Shown here piece after piece: positions 1 to 10,311 of a stretch of DNA of 64,000 nucleotides (position 1 is the first letter of the stretch; each line of letters opens with the position of its first letter). The translations under genes and the position numbers were made by a program. The notes under the pieces were generated by a model. It saw only the letters and a list, made by a program, of their open reading frames with translations. It did no database searches and had not been told where the DNA came from. Origin of the DNA: Spirochaetia bacterium (lineage in GTDB: Bacteria > Spirochaetota > Spirochaetia > SZUA-6 > Bin103); NCBI GenBank assembly GCA_965203905.1, contig CBDBDQ010000005.1, positions 1,920,001 through 1,984,000 of the forward strand, in the 5' to 3' direction.

Positions 1-893
1 GTCGCTCCAGTCCGCCATCCGGCACTCTCCAAGGCAGAGCCTGCCACAAGCTTATTCATCGTTTTGCACACAGTAGTTGAGTATAAATATCTGTCACTCA
101 TGACGACGGTACGTCGGTTATATTCTTGCACGTCCCGACGGGAGATGATGCGACACTTCTGGTCTCTCTGTTTCCAGGACAGAAAAAGCATTACTTGAGG
201 ACTCAAGGGAAAACTCACTTCAACGGCCTCATGAGCCAACGCCCCACCATATACAGCCACCGGTGTGTCTCCGGTGAAAAAGCGGGCATCATGTGGAGCG
301 CACAGCACTTCTACATTCATTTTGGAAAGAAGATCTAGGAGTGGACTGGATGAAGCACACTTGTACATTTGCTCGACCAAGGCCCAATTGGCGATTTTTG
401 TGGATACCATATCCTTAAACTTAATCATTCCGTGTTCTTTGAACGCCGTTGCTAACTCCGGCGGCGGCGCTGGAAGCCGTCCCTTACGCAGCATAGTATC
501 ACTTACCGTCTCTACCGTTGTCCGCATCAAGTTCTCTATCATACCTTTGAACTTCGGAACTCGGCAGTACATCAGAGCAACCACAAATGCCAGCTCTTGT
601 CTATCAGGCGTTTCGACAGAACGACTATTAATTATCCGTGACAAGAGACTCGCGTGTACGCTTTCCACCCGCGACAGCACGGTTTCAACGGACTTGCGGT
701 CCACACCCTTTCTTGTGTCAATCGTGTTGTAGTCCCGTAGAACACCGGTACTGTGTACTGCGGCAGGGAACGACCGAGCGTCTTTAGATTTCTCAATCAT
801 GAAGATCTGAGAATTTTTTGTCACTTTCGGTTCTATCCTAAAGAACTTGAGGTAGAATTTCGGAAGAAAATGATGCTTCTTAGGGTCGGGCAC
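1..893 (-). CDS. DUF4238-like protein (partial, runs off window start)
   Basis: Manual translation from GTG at 893 (GAGGAG upstream): MPDPKKHHFLPKFYLKFF...FFTGDTPV...SFPLSPQVML...YNRRTV; HH.P..YL..F and SD/GD.PV, FPLSP motifs typical of DUF4238; low GC; absent from ORF track because no stop in window. Confidence 0.75.
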   Translation of the reverse strand, partial: MPDPKKHHFLPKFYLKFFRIEPKVTKNSQIFMIEKSKDARSFPAAVHSTGVLRDYNTIDTRKGVDRKSVETVLSRVESVHASLLSRIINSRSVETPDRQELAFVVALMYCRVPKFKGMIENLMRTTVETVSDTMLRKGRLPAPPPELATAFKEHGMIKFKDMVSTKIANWALVEQMYKCASSSPLLDLLSKMNVEVLCAPHDARFFTGDTPVAVYGGALAHEAVEVSFPLSPQVMLFLSWKQRDQKCRIISRRDVQEYNRRTVVMSDRYLYSTTVCKTMNKLVAGSALESAGWRTGA

Positions 894-1073
894 TCTAACT
901 CCTCATCATTGAAATTAGTGCAGTCCCCGCTTTCGTTGCCGCTTCCGCGCTCATAAGGCGATAGCCGCATCTGAGACCTGTCGTATCCTTACCTTGGAAG
1001 CTGCCTACTCCTTGAGCGGGTAACCGTAGTGAACTGCCGTCGTCTGTCCGCGTAAGGGAGATCTTAGAACGAA

Positions 1074-4000
1074 TCACCGGACCGACCTCACATCAGCCTC
1101 GCCAGGGCCATGGTTCCGGTCGCCTGCCCCCGCCGTGTCGCCGGGGCCGTTCCGGACAGCTTCCGGTAGCGGGTGATCGCCGGCCGCCGCCGCGGCGTCG
1201 GGGTCGCGGCACAGCCTCTGAATTAATTTTTCAAGTTCAGTGGTAATGATTTGTGCCGCAGGCGTGAATTTCTTCGATGCCTTACTTAGGGCATCTATCA
1301 TTTTTCGGGTCGCCTCATAGGCTAGTTGGTCAGCCGTGGCGTCACCACCAAGCGCCATCTCCGCTTGTACCAGATATTTCTCGGCCAGCATGATAGCGAT
1401 ATCGGTCTCTAAGCTGAGCTTAGTGCCCTGTCTCATTGGAAACGACAGCCTATAAACCTGATCGATCGCTGCGGAACGCCCCCTATGCCTATGCTCATTC
1501 AGCACCACGTACCCGTATGTGGGCGCACTGATATAGACGGTTTTGCCTTCTGTGACGATATGCCCTTCTGCGAGTTTGAGCAGCAAGGGAAACACCTTTT
1601 CGATTAGGTCGTCCACTTTTGCAGGTGTCGTCGGGGCCGCTGGCTCTGGCGGCTGCGCAGGCACCGGCCCCCGTTCTACGAACCAGGTGCGTTCCCGATC
1701 CCCCTTGCGTAGCACCCACGGACCCGGCCGGTCGCGTCGGCGTCCGCACCAGAACCCCAGTGATCGCCGGTTGATTGCTTCCCTGCTTCTGTGCTGCGGC
1801 GGCGCAATTCCGATATGGCGGGAGGCCTCTTCCAGGGCCGCGGACTCCGCGCTAACAGTGACGACGTCGTCTTCCCTCTTGCACGCATCATCGATGTCGG
1901 CGGTTGTAACCTCGCGCGAGCCGAACATCCCGTGCCACGCTTCCAGGAACGCCATTGCCTCAGCTTGTTCCGGCACGGCCTCTTCCTTGACGGCTGCGTT
2001 GCCGAGCCAAGGGTCCAGGGCAGCGTTACCAAGAGCCCACACGATGGCGCTCCGAACGTAGTCGGACCACCTTCCGTAGCTGTTGATCCATGGACGAATC
2101 AAAACCGCTTCGCCACGGGCTACTTCCTCCGCGGTACCCTCAGCCCTGGTGCCGGCAAGCTTCCTCGCGTGATGGTGCGCGGACAGGATGGTAAGCACCG
2201 CGCCGAGCAACTCCGGGCGGTTTTCGCGCACGTACCGCTGCGGGTCGGGGTGGATCCGATATTGATGCAGCTCCGGCTCCATCTCATCGGTGAGCAGCTT
2301 GCACAACAACGCACGGCGCAGCATGTCGCTGCGGAACATCAGGTTGTTGCCGGTGGCGACTACCACCGTACGCCACGGTACCGTTCCGCTCGTGCGCGAT
2401 TCGCCGAGAATCCGGTCACTGATAGAGCCGGGAATGCTGTTGTCGCCACTGCTCAACGCACCTTCCAGCGCCGAGGATCCTAACGCCTGCCCGGGCTCAA
2501 CGTTGTCTATGAGCAGCACTCGCAAGCCAGCCAGTGCAACCGAAATAAGCCGCTTACGTTCCTCGTCCGCGACATCTGCCGCCTTCCGGCCAGAGATCGG
2601 TGACCACTTGGCTGGCGCACGCCCGGTAGCGATAATCGTTGCCAGATCGACCAGCGTTCCTTTCCCCGCGCCGCGATGGTTCGCGGTTATGCCGAACATC
2701 GGCACGTTGCCGGTGACGTAAGTGCGTCCGACGATCGTCAGAACTAGCGTCAGCCATATCGCCGAGTCCAGCGGGCGCGCGAAGTGCGACTCGCTCACCA
2801 CGTCCAACAACACCTGCGCGGCGGCCATGGCGTCGAACCGCGATGGCATCTGCGGCACCAGGTCAGGCGACCAGTCGTCGGTATGGAAGTCCGCGAAGAG
2901 ACCCGACTTCAAGTCGAAACCAGGCTTCGTGATGAGGGACCCGTCGCGCCTCATGGTTGGCGAATCTACGATCCCTTCAAGCAACCGAAAACGCGGGCGC
3001 GAACCGTCCAGCGTGTCCGCCTTGTAGCGGGCCTGGATCGACCCGGTAACGGCCTTGCTGGGGTCTGTGGGCGAAGACTTTCCATTTGTAAGGCGGCGCT
3101 CCCACCGCGTATACATGTCTAATCTGGTTTCCACGTCATCGTCCTTCGCTATGTCGATCCACAGGCTGCCCTCCGGGTTTTTGAGCCCAGAGTAGTCCTT
3201 TGGTAACTGGACGCGACGTAGAGCCGACAACATCCCGCTGGACGCTCCGGTAGAAGTCGATCTCACCGGCGATTCGTATAGTGCGTATTCATCGTTTGGC
3301 GTATCCACCAGAACATCGATAGCCGCGCGGGACCAAGCTAGCCTGTTACCGGACGAGATAGTGATCACAGGACGATCATCGCCTTGCTCGGCGGCGGGGT
3401 CGTCAGAAACAACGCCGGACTGATCGTCCACCGGCCACCGAACCTTATCAAATGCCACAGCTTGGGAGAGGAGTTGCTCCACGTCGCGAGCGCTTCGGTT
3501 CGGGTCTTCGTCCAACCAATCGGAGATGTCTTTACCGTTCGTATTCCGTAGCTCGAACCCCATCGCCGCCGGCAGCACAACCAGCACTTGTTCCACGCGG
3601 GCGTACTTCAGCAGGGACTCTCCGGCCTTCGCCAGGTGCCGCTGGCCGGGAAGGTCGGCGTCGCCGAGCAGCACAACCGTGTGCAGCCCTCGAGGTAGCC
3701 GCCGCGAGTGCGCCGCCGTCCACTTGCCTGCGCCTCCAGCGTTGCATGTGGCTACAAAGCCCAGTATCGCCAGTCGATCCGCGTCCTTCTCCCCTTCGAC
3801 GAGGATCAGGGGCTTGCCGCTGACCGGGACCGCGGCCAGCTCGTGAAGCCGATACGGGATCCCGCGCCCAGCCGGCGGCAACTTCCACACGACCTTGCCG
3901 TCTGCTGTGTGCCGCTGCCGAAACCTCTTCTCGCCGTACAGGCGCACGACTTCGAAGATCTCGTCGCCACGTTCGTCGCGGTAAGCGTACGTTACTCCGG

Positions 4001-4259
4001 AAGGCGGTGGCGAAGCGGCACCAACGGAACCGTCGTTCGCGTCGTGCAGCGGCGGCAGGTCCAGCCTCTCGGCCAAGTCGCTCAGAGTGCCGCCTTGGTT
4101 GCAGCCGTGGCAGAACCAGGTGCACTTGACGGGGTTCGCACTGGCGCTTGCGTGAGCGTCCGCGTGCTCCGGCAGCGGGCAGCAAATCGTAGCCTCATCG
4201 CCACGCCAGCGCTCTGGCGTAAGGTGCTGGTCGATCCACGCGCGCGCCACATTCCTCAT
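1074..4259 (-). CDS. Primase-helicase replication protein (Zn finger, TOPRIM, P-loop NTPase)
   Basis: CCPLPEHAD...WFCHGC zinc finger; LVEGEKDAD and GDADLPG TOPRIM motifs; GKDISDW; Walker A GAGKGTL; LLIDNV Walker B; ATGNN. Confidence 0.85.
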   Translation of the reverse strand: MRNVARAWIDQHLTPERWRGDEATICCPLPEHADAHASASANPVKCTWFCHGCNQGGTLSDLAERLDLPPLHDANDGSVGAASPPPSGVTYAYRDERGDEIFEVVRLYGEKRFRQRHTADGKVVWKLPPAGRGIPYRLHELAAVPVSGKPLILVEGEKDADRLAILGFVATCNAGGAGKWTAAHSRRLPRGLHTVVLLGDADLPGQRHLAKAGESLLKYARVEQVLVVLPAAMGFELRNTNGKDISDWLDEDPNRSARDVEQLLSQAVAFDKVRWPVDDQSGVVSDDPAAEQGDDRPVITISSGNRLAWSRAAIDVLVDTPNDEYALYESPVRSTSTGASSGMLSALRRVQLPKDYSGLKNPEGSLWIDIAKDDDVETRLDMYTRWERRLTNGKSSPTDPSKAVTGSIQARYKADTLDGSRPRFRLLEGIVDSPTMRRDGSLITKPGFDLKSGLFADFHTDDWSPDLVPQMPSRFDAMAAAQVLLDVVSESHFARPLDSAIWLTLVLTIVGRTYVTGNVPMFGITANHRGAGKGTLVDLATIIATGRAPAKWSPISGRKAADVADEERKRLISVALAGLRVLLIDNVEPGQALGSSALEGALSSGDNSIPGSISDRILGESRTSGTVPWRTVVVATGNNLMFRSDMLRRALLCKLLTDEMEPELHQYRIHPDPQRYVRENRPELLGAVLTILSAHHHARKLAGTRAEGTAEEVARGEAVLIRPWINSYGRWSDYVRSAIVWALGNAALDPWLGNAAVKEEAVPEQAEAMAFLEAWHGMFGSREVTTADIDDACKREDDVVTVSAESAALEEASRHIGIAPPQHRSREAINRRSLGFWCGRRRDRPGPWVLRKGDRERTWFVERGPVPAQPPEPAAPTTPAKVDDLIEKVFPLLLKLAEGHIVTEGKTVYISAPTYGYVVLNEHRHRGRSAAIDQVYRLSFPMRQGTKLSLETDIAIMLAEKYLVQAEMALGGDATADQLAYEATRKMIDALSKASKKFTPAAQIITTELEKLIQRLCRDPDAAAAAGDHPLPEAVRNGPGDTAGAGDRNHGPGEADVRSVR

Positions 4260-5271
4260 CTTGCAGCCCCCCGATCCTGCACTCAGTTGCTCTTGTCCAG
4301 TATAACAAAATGAACGAACAAACTACAAGTAAGGGGGTCATGGAATGAGGAATGTGGAGTAGGGGCCGCCCCGCCAGGCGGACATTTTCTGCTGTTGGGT
4401 CCCATCCCGGTCCCTGAGACTTCCATTTTCAGATTCTGTCCGCGGGTCCCTTCTGCTGGGGCCCCAGCTCGGGATTCTCCTCCCTTCCCCCCGTTTCTCC
4501 CAATTTTTTCGTGGCGCGCGCGCCGGCATATGAAGCCCCGCGCGCAGCGCGGGGTGGGAAATGAGCGGGGGGGCGGGGTGGGGGTGGCCGGGGGTCCCTG
4601 AGCGTCTGCGGACCGCCGGAGACGGAGCGCTGCCGCGCCGCGGGCGGCCTGCCGGGCCTGACCGCACCCGCTGAACACCTCGCGAACGCGCCGCGTAGTG
4701 CCCAACCATGAGCGCATGGCCGCTCAACGCCACGCTGAGCCCATTGCCCATGAGCGCACACCAACGGGCACAGCACCACGTCCAACGCTGAGCGCGAGCC
4801 TGAGCAGGGTTGGTGAAGGGAAGGGCGAGCGTCCCGCCGTGGATAGGTGCGGTGCCGGGTGGGGAGCCCAACCCCAAGGCGCCGGCTGGGTCGGCTTCGG
4901 GCGGTGTGGCGCCGGGGTGAGTGACCGCTCGGTCGGGCGGGGGAAGCGGCAGCCGCTCGGGGTGACCGGCGCCGGTGGCGATCCCGACGCCGCACCGGGG
5001 GTGGCAGCCTCGCCGTTGACGCGCACACGTCAAACAGGCCACCCGGCACCGGGATCTGCGCCGCGCCTCGATGCCGGCGTTGCGCCACCGGACACGTGGC
5101 CCGCGGCCTGTCGAACACCGTAGTCAGCACAGCACAGTATGCCGTGACCAGCATCCGGGAGTCTGAGCGCGCTTCGAGCGGTCCTCGGTCGGCGCAGCGG
5201 GGCGAAAGGACGGCGTGAACGCCGCGTAATGCGCCGAACGGCGGGCCTGTGAAAAAAGCGTCTGAGGGGGG

Positions 5272-5300
5272 TTGACTCCCCTAATTTAGATTATGACAAT
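5272..5300 (+). promoter_or_regulatory. Sigma70-like promoter for the small-gene operon
   Basis: TTGACT-17 bp-GACAAT in an AT-rich patch ~300 bp upstream of the first gene of the + operon. Confidence 0.5.
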
Positions 5301-5500
5301 GTATCTTGTAGGAAGCTAATCAAGGGCTTCCGGGGAGGCGAGCAGGCGCGCATCGCAGCGCGCGCCACCAACCAACCGGCAGGGCGGGGAGCCACCGAGC
5401 TTTGATCCGCGCCATGCGTCTCGGGTGGGTGAAGGGCGCACCGCAGCCCACCCGTAGAGCGCAGCACCGGAGGGGGTGCACGGGGTGCAGATCAACCAAA

Positions 5501-5563
5501 CAGCGGCGCGCGCGGGTGCTTCCGACAGGAACGTGGTCCGACTCCACGGCGTGCTGCATACCA
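5501..5563 (+). ncRNA. tRNA-like element 1 (T-arm-like hairpin + acceptor-like stem)
   Basis: CGTGG-TCCGACT-CCACG (5532-5548) followed directly by GCGTGCTG, which can pair with 5501-5509 (or GCAGCAC at 5461 with GTGCTGC); ends ...ATACCA. Confidence 0.3.
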
Positions 5564-5598
5564 ACTCCCGCTGAGCGCGGGAGCACGGGAGGACATAG

Positions 5599-5907
5599 AT
5601 GGACGGGAGAACCGTATGGGTGAAGCCCGGCGACGTGGACGGCCGGATCGAAGCCGGAAACGTTGTCACGGCAACGCGAGCGCTCGATGCGTGGTGCCTG
5701 CGCGGGGACGACGGCAGCACGCCGATCGCCGCCGGCAGCGCGCTTGAGATCGTCGAGGAAAGGGCTTGGGGCGCTTCCATGGCCATGGAACTGCCGGCGC
5801 TGAGCGAAGAGGACGATGCCGGCAGCCGTGCCGCTGACAGCGAGGCATGGGTACAGGCCGGCCTTGAGCTTCAGGAGCTTGGCCTGTTCGAGGTGATCGG
5901 GCTGTGA
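5599..5907 (+). CDS. Hypothetical protein
   Basis: GGAGG RBS, high GC3, overlaps next start. Confidence 0.7.
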   Translation: MDGRTVWVKPGDVDGRIEAGNVVTATRALDAWCLRGDDGSTPIAAGSALEIVEERAWGASMAMELPALSEEDDAGSRAADSEAWVQAGLELQELGLFEVIGL

Positions 5908-6683
5908 GCACGGCGACGATACACGCCAACGGGAGGGTCAACGTGACCCTCCCGAACATCAGCATCCTCGTAGATCGGCAGGACGCCGAGAGCCTGCGCG
6001 ACGCGCTCAACGCGGAGTTGCCGCTGGAGCAGGCCGCGGCGCCGGTAGCGCGTGAACGCGACCTGATGCTCGATCCCACCATCCGCGACATCGACGTGCT
6101 GCGCGCGGCGCAGGCCATCGCAACCGAGCACGCATGCCACGGCGTGGTGAAGCAGCTTGCGCACATGGTGACGCTGTACTGCGGCGGCGATGCCGACGAG
6201 GCGTTCGTACCGGGGCAGGTGATGAGCGACGTTACTGCGCCGCGCATCCGGTGGATCTCGGACGAATGGGTGAACGGGCGCAACGCGACCATCGAGACCA
6301 AGGAGCGGCGCCTGTCGCCGGCGATGGTGGAGCGGACCTACAGGGTTGAGGGCTACGTCCTGAACCGGCATCGCCTGCCGGAGCTTCGCCACACCAAGCC
6401 GTTCCCCAACTACACCGATGCGGAGCGCGCTGCCGAGCAGTGGACGCGCGCTGCCGAGTGGCCGGGGCACACCGAGCCGCCGGCGGACGTGTACGACCCG
6501 CCGGCCGAGGTCGTTGACGACGAGTATCCCGTCCACGTGGGTGACCGCGTACGCGATCCGATGGATGGGCGCTGGCGGACCGTGACGCGGATCGAGGGCG
6601 ACACGGTGTACCTGGCGGACGGCGGGTGCATGTCGGCCGACGAGTGCGGCGAGATCCGGCTGCCGGGCGAGGACCTGGACTGA
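5904..6683 (+). CDS. Hypothetical phage-like protein with C-terminal SH3/KOW-like segment
   Basis: Coupled GTGA overlap; C-term VHVGDRVRDPMDGRWRTVTRIEGDTVYL. Confidence 0.65.
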   Translation: MSTATIHANGRVNVTLPNISILVDRQDAESLRDALNAELPLEQAAAPVARERDLMLDPTIRDIDVLRAAQAIATEHACHGVVKQLAHMVTLYCGGDADEAFVPGQVMSDVTAPRIRWISDEWVNGRNATIETKERRLSPAMVERTYRVEGYVLNRHRLPELRHTKPFPNYTDAERAAEQWTRAAEWPGHTEPPADVYDPPAEVVDDEYPVHVGDRVRDPMDGRWRTVTRIEGDTVYLADGGCMSADECGEIRLPGEDLD

Positions 6684-7093
6684 TGCGGGTACTGACCAAC
6701 CTGGAGGTCAACGACAAGGCGGCTGCGCTCCTGGAGCGCGCCGCCGTCTTTGTGGGCATCGGATGGACGCAGGGCGCGGCAGCGCGGAACGACGCCGGTG
6801 TCCCGGTGTCGCCTACCGCGCCGGATGCGTGGTGCTGGTGCGCAACGGGCGCCCTGCTGATCGCCAGCTACCGCGTGGGGCTGCTGAAGCTGAGCGGCGG
6901 CGATGAGACCGCAGTCCGGCGGGCCGCGTGTGCCGTTCTGGAGAAGCTGATCCGTGAGACCACCGGCCTGCCGGAGGATCGGGGCGGGGTGATTGCGTAC
7001 TGGAACGACCTGGACGGCCAGCGGCAGGCGGACGTGAAGGACGCGCTGATCCGCGCCGCGCGGACGCTGAAGCCGCTCACGGAGGCGTGCTGA
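6683..7093 (+). CDS. DUF6197-like phage protein
   Basis: TGATG overlap; motifs GWTQG, WCATGAL, YWND, V...L.RAA; paralog of 8353-8757. Confidence 0.65.
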   Translation: MRVLTNLEVNDKAAALLERAAVFVGIGWTQGAAARNDAGVPVSPTAPDAWCWCATGALLIASYRVGLLKLSGGDETAVRRAACAVLEKLIRETTGLPEDRGGVIAYWNDLDGQRQADVKDALIRAARTLKPLTEAC

Positions 7094-7575
7094 TGACGGA
7101 TCTGCTGGACGCGCTGAAGCGCAACAACCGGTTGCTCCAGGAGATCGCGTTGCAGTACGGCGCCGGCACCGGGGAGGGCGGCGCCGCTGGTACCCCCGTG
7201 CTGAACACGCCGGAGGCCGTGGCGAACCAGTGCATGGACATGGGCGGCCTGCTGCAAGAGCAGTTGCGGGTGCTGCTGCTGAACACCAAGTCGGAGCTGC
7301 TGGAGGCCGTGACGGTCTACCAGGGCACGGTCAACGCCGCCTCGATCCGGGTCGCGGAGATCCTGCGCCCTGCCATCGTGAGGGGCGCGCCCTACTTCAT
7401 CGTGGTCCACAACCACCCCTCGGGCGACCCGTGCCCAAGCGGGTCTGATACGCGGGTGACGCGGAAGGTGCGGACGGCGGCGGAGTACTTCGACATCGAG
7501 CTGTACGACCACGTGGTCGTCGCGCGGCGCGGCTTCGTGAGCCTGCGGCAGCGCGGCATCGGCTGGGAGGGCTGA
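7087..7575 (+). CDS. radC: RadC-like JAB domain protein
   Basis: QEQLRVLLLN, GTVNAA, HNHPSGDPCPSGSD, DHVVV. Confidence 0.9.
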   Translation: MLMTDLLDALKRNNRLLQEIALQYGAGTGEGGAAGTPVLNTPEAVANQCMDMGGLLQEQLRVLLLNTKSELLEAVTVYQGTVNAASIRVAEILRPAIVRGAPYFIVVHNHPSGDPCPSGSDTRVTRKVRTAAEYFDIELYDHVVVARRGFVSLRQRGIGWEG

Positions 7576-7800
7576 ATGGCAGGGGAAGTGATCCACGGTC
7601 AGGCCGGCCGGGAGACGTTGGTGATCCGGCGCGAGGAAACGCGCTCGTCGCTGACCGCGATCTACTACGCGATCTACGCCAAGAAGGACGGCGAGGACGT
7701 GTGGTACGCGGAGCGGCTCGCCGGGGGCTTGGCGCTGGACGTGGCTGAGGCATGGGGCTGGCGCGGGGAAGTGCCGGCCGACAGCGAGGCAGCATCGTGA
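7576..7800 (+). CDS. Hypothetical protein
   Basis: Abuts radC stop, GGAGG RBS, coding-like codon use. Confidence 0.6.
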   Translation: MAGEVIHGQAGRETLVIRREETRSSLTAIYYAIYAKKDGEDVWYAERLAGGLALDVAEAWGWRGEVPADSEAAS

Positions 7801-7906
7801 ACGAAAGCCGGCAGGAACAGCGTGAGCGTGGTTCAAACCCACCCTGCCGGCAGACCCAGCCCGCAGGCGCTACAGGGCGCCGGGGCACTTCTGGAGGGAC
7901 CCCCGA

Positions 7907-8353
7907 ATGACCGCTGCACAGAGATTTCTCAAGGAGGACCTGGACGACGCGCAGCGCATGGCGCGACTGCGCGCCGCGGCCGTCACGGTCGAGGATCGCA
8001 CCTACAGCACCGTGTGGACCATGCAGGACGGCAGCCGGGTCGAGCGCGGCTGCGCCCGTGGCGTCGCCGCCTACGGCACGCTGCCGTCGCTGGTCGCCAT
8101 GATCGAGCGCACCCTGAAGGCAGACCGCGAGACGATCGTCTACTACCGCCGGTGCGAGGCGCAGGCGCGGTTGCGCGCCAAGCGCACCGGCAGCGCTGCC
8201 TGGTCGGCTGCGGCTGGGCAGTGGGTCATGGCGCGGTTCGAGCTGGAGGCCGACATCCGCCGGCACCTGCGGGAGCTGATCCGGCTGCGCCGTGGCTGGC
8301 AGGCCATCACCGACTACCGCCTCGACCACTACGTGGCGCGGAGCGCTGCCTGA
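7907..8353 (+). CDS. Hypothetical protein
   Basis: GGAGG RBS, high GC3, coupled to next gene. Confidence 0.65.
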   Translation: MTAAQRFLKEDLDDAQRMARLRAAAVTVEDRTYSTVWTMQDGSRVERGCARGVAAYGTLPSLVAMIERTLKADRETIVYYRRCEAQARLRAKRTGSAAWSAAAGQWVMARFELEADIRRHLRELIRLRRGWQAITDYRLDHYVARSAA

Positions 8354-8757
8354 TGGTGGCGCAGCCTCAGACCATCCGCACCGCGGCCGCGGAGGTCCTG
8401 GACGGCGCCGCCCGGTACATCGAGACCGGGTGGTGCCGCTTCTCCACAGCACGCGGCGCCGACAACGTGCCCTGCGCACCGACCAGCACCGACGCGGTGT
8501 GCTGGTGCGCTTCCGGGGCGATCCACGTCGCCGCGCGGCGTAGCGCGCCCCCGCATCGGCTGGGAACCATCACCGAGCAGGCGCAGCGGGCCATGGTCGA
8601 CGCGATCCTGGAGACGCATCCGGAGTTCTTCGACCCCGGCACGCTGCCGATGTGCGCGATTGCCTCCTGGAACGACCACGCGGAGATCGGGCCGACGACC
8701 GTGATTGATCGGCTGCACCGCGGCGCCGAGCTGCTGCGGCTGCCGGCGGCGGCATGA
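8353..8757 (+). CDS. DUF6197-like phage protein (second paralog)
   Basis: GWCR, WCASGAI, IASWND, VIDRLHRGA; TGATG overlap. Confidence 0.65.
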   Translation: MVAQPQTIRTAAAEVLDGAARYIETGWCRFSTARGADNVPCAPTSTDAVCWCASGAIHVAARRSAPPHRLGTITEQAQRAMVDAILETHPEFFDPGTLPMCAIASWNDHAEIGPTTVIDRLHRGAELLRLPAAA

Positions 8758-9029
8758 AGGTTGCCATCCGCGCCGGCATGCGCCTGCAACTGTCCCGCGA
8801 GCCCGCGCGCTTCACCCGCGCGCCGCGCCGGGTCCTGGTGTACCGCCAGGGCGACCGGCGCGCCGTGGTGTGGCGCAGCGACCTGATTCTGATGGGTCGG
8901 CGCGGCCGGCCGTACACCGTGCTGCTGCTGCGCGAGGACGGCGGCGACTGCCGCACCGAGTCTCACCGCACCGTGCCTGCTGCGCTCGATACGGCGCGCG
9001 GCTGGGTAACGGGTGCCATCGCCGAATAG
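8754..9029 (+). CDS. Hypothetical protein
   Basis: ATGA overlap with upstream gene. Confidence 0.55.
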   Translation: MKVAIRAGMRLQLSREPARFTRAPRRVLVYRQGDRRAVVWRSDLILMGRRGRPYTVLLLREDGGDCRTESHRTVPAALDTARGWVTGAIAE

Positions 9030-9096
9030 TGGCGAAATACGGGCCATAGCGCGCCCGTATCGTGCCGGGGCTGGCCGCCCGGTGCCTGAATGAGCC

Positions 9097-9498
9097 ATGG
9101 CCGACAGGAGGGTTGCTTTGAACAACCTCAACTCCGTTTTGATCGAGGGCAATCTGTGCCGCGATCCCGAGCTTCGCTACACGCCGAAGGGCACGCCGAC
9201 CTGCACGCTGGTGCTGGCGTCGAACCGCTCCTACAGGGACCCGGAACGCCAGGGCGAGCGCATCGAGGAAGTCTCGTTCATCGAGACCACGACCTGGGGC
9301 AAGCTCGCCGAAGTGTGCCACGAGCACTTGGCGAAGGGGCGCGGCATCCGCGTGGTCGGGCGCCTGAAGCAAGAGCGCTGGGACGATCCGCACGGCAATC
9401 AGCGCGCCAAGGTCGTGATCGTCGCCGAGCAGGTTGAGTTCCAGCCGAAGCGGCAGCCGGCCCGCCAGACGGCGGAACCGGCAGCCGCTGCCAGCTAG
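9097..9498 (+). CDS. ssb: Single-stranded DNA-binding protein (no acidic C-terminal tail)
   Basis: LNSVLIEGNLCRDPELRYTPKG, WGKLAE, KGRGIRVVGRLKQERW; true start may be the TTG at 9118 after AGGAGG. Confidence 0.95.
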   Translation: MADRRVALNNLNSVLIEGNLCRDPELRYTPKGTPTCTLVLASNRSYRDPERQGERIEEVSFIETTTWGKLAEVCHEHLAKGRGIRVVGRLKQERWDDPHGNQRAKVVIVAEQVEFQPKRQPARQTAEPAAAAS

Positions 9499-9606
9499 TA
9501 CCAAGGGGATGGCGGGGCGCTTCAGCTACGAGAGCGTTCCGCCAACCCCAACCCCTGCGGCCTTCTCTTTGCCGGGTCGAGCCGCAGGGATCGGAGGACA
9601 CACCCT

Positions 9607-9807
9607 ATGCCGAACCGTAGAGGATCGCAACGCCGGCGCCAGGAGCGCCGCGAGAACAGGCGCGTCGAGCGCGAGCTGCTGCACACCGCCATCAAGGACC
9701 TGCGCGCCGCAGTGATCGACGAGGACGCGGGCAACGACCACGTGAGGGACTGCGCGTTCGAGGTCGTCGAGGCCTACGAGCGCGCTGTGCCGGAGCATCG
9801 AGAATGA
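9607..9807 (+). CDS. Small hypothetical protein
   Basis: GGAGG RBS, coupled to next gene. Confidence 0.55.
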   Translation: MPNRRGSQRRRQERRENRRVERELLHTAIKDLRAAVIDEDAGNDHVRDCAFEVVEAYERAVPEHRE

Positions 9808-10004
9808 CCCGCACCATGACCTTGGCCGACCGGGCCGCGAAGCTCGGCCTGCGGGTCGAGACCGAACCGCACGGCGCCGGCGCCGGGATCGCCGGCTACA
9901 CCGTCTTTCGGGGCGGACAGTGGCTGTTCCAGGGGACCGCGGCCGAGGCGCATGCGTTCCTGGACGGCTACGGTGCCGCCCTGGCGCTGCGGTGCCTCCC
10001 ATGA
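9804..10004 (+). CDS. Small hypothetical protein
   Basis: ATGA overlaps on both sides. Confidence 0.55.
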   Translation: MTRTMTLADRAAKLGLRVETEPHGAGAGIAGYTVFRGGQWLFQGTAAEAHAFLDGYGAALALRCLP

Positions 10005-10268
10005 GCGCGCCTGAGGCACTGTGGCGAACCAAGGACGGCAAGGTCGCCATCTTCCGCCTGGTCTACCACGCCCGGCGACCTGGACACCGCCAGCTACCCC
10101 GCCGGCTATGCGCAGCGCAACCCGCGCTTTGCGCCCCTGACATCGCCCCCCGGCTACCCGCTGCAGGTACTGGCCAGCGATGGCGAGCTGCACTACGCCG
10201 AGGCAGCGGACCGGGGGCGCATCAACGCCGACGGCGTGTTCCGCCTGCGGGACCTGCGGCGCGGCTGA
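10001..10268 (+). pseudogene. Small hypothetical gene with about two apparent frameshifts
   Basis: Coding-like frame switches near 10070 and 10135 (C runs): MSAPEALWRTKDGKVAIFRLVYH / GDLDTASYPAGYAQRNP / DIAPGYPLQVLASDGELHYAEAAD...; may be sequencing error. Confidence 0.4.
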
Positions 10269-10311
10269 GGCGCCGCTTCCCCTACCCCCATTCAGACATT
10301 CAGGAGAACCT

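Noticed and set aside
126-956. Plus-strand ORFs 126-338, 265-732, 753-956
   Set aside because: Shadows of the minus-strand DUF4238-like gene
4283-5154. Several 140-240 aa ORFs upstream of the primase
   Set aside because: Pro/Arg/Gly-rich, no RBS or motifs; typical high-GC spurious frames
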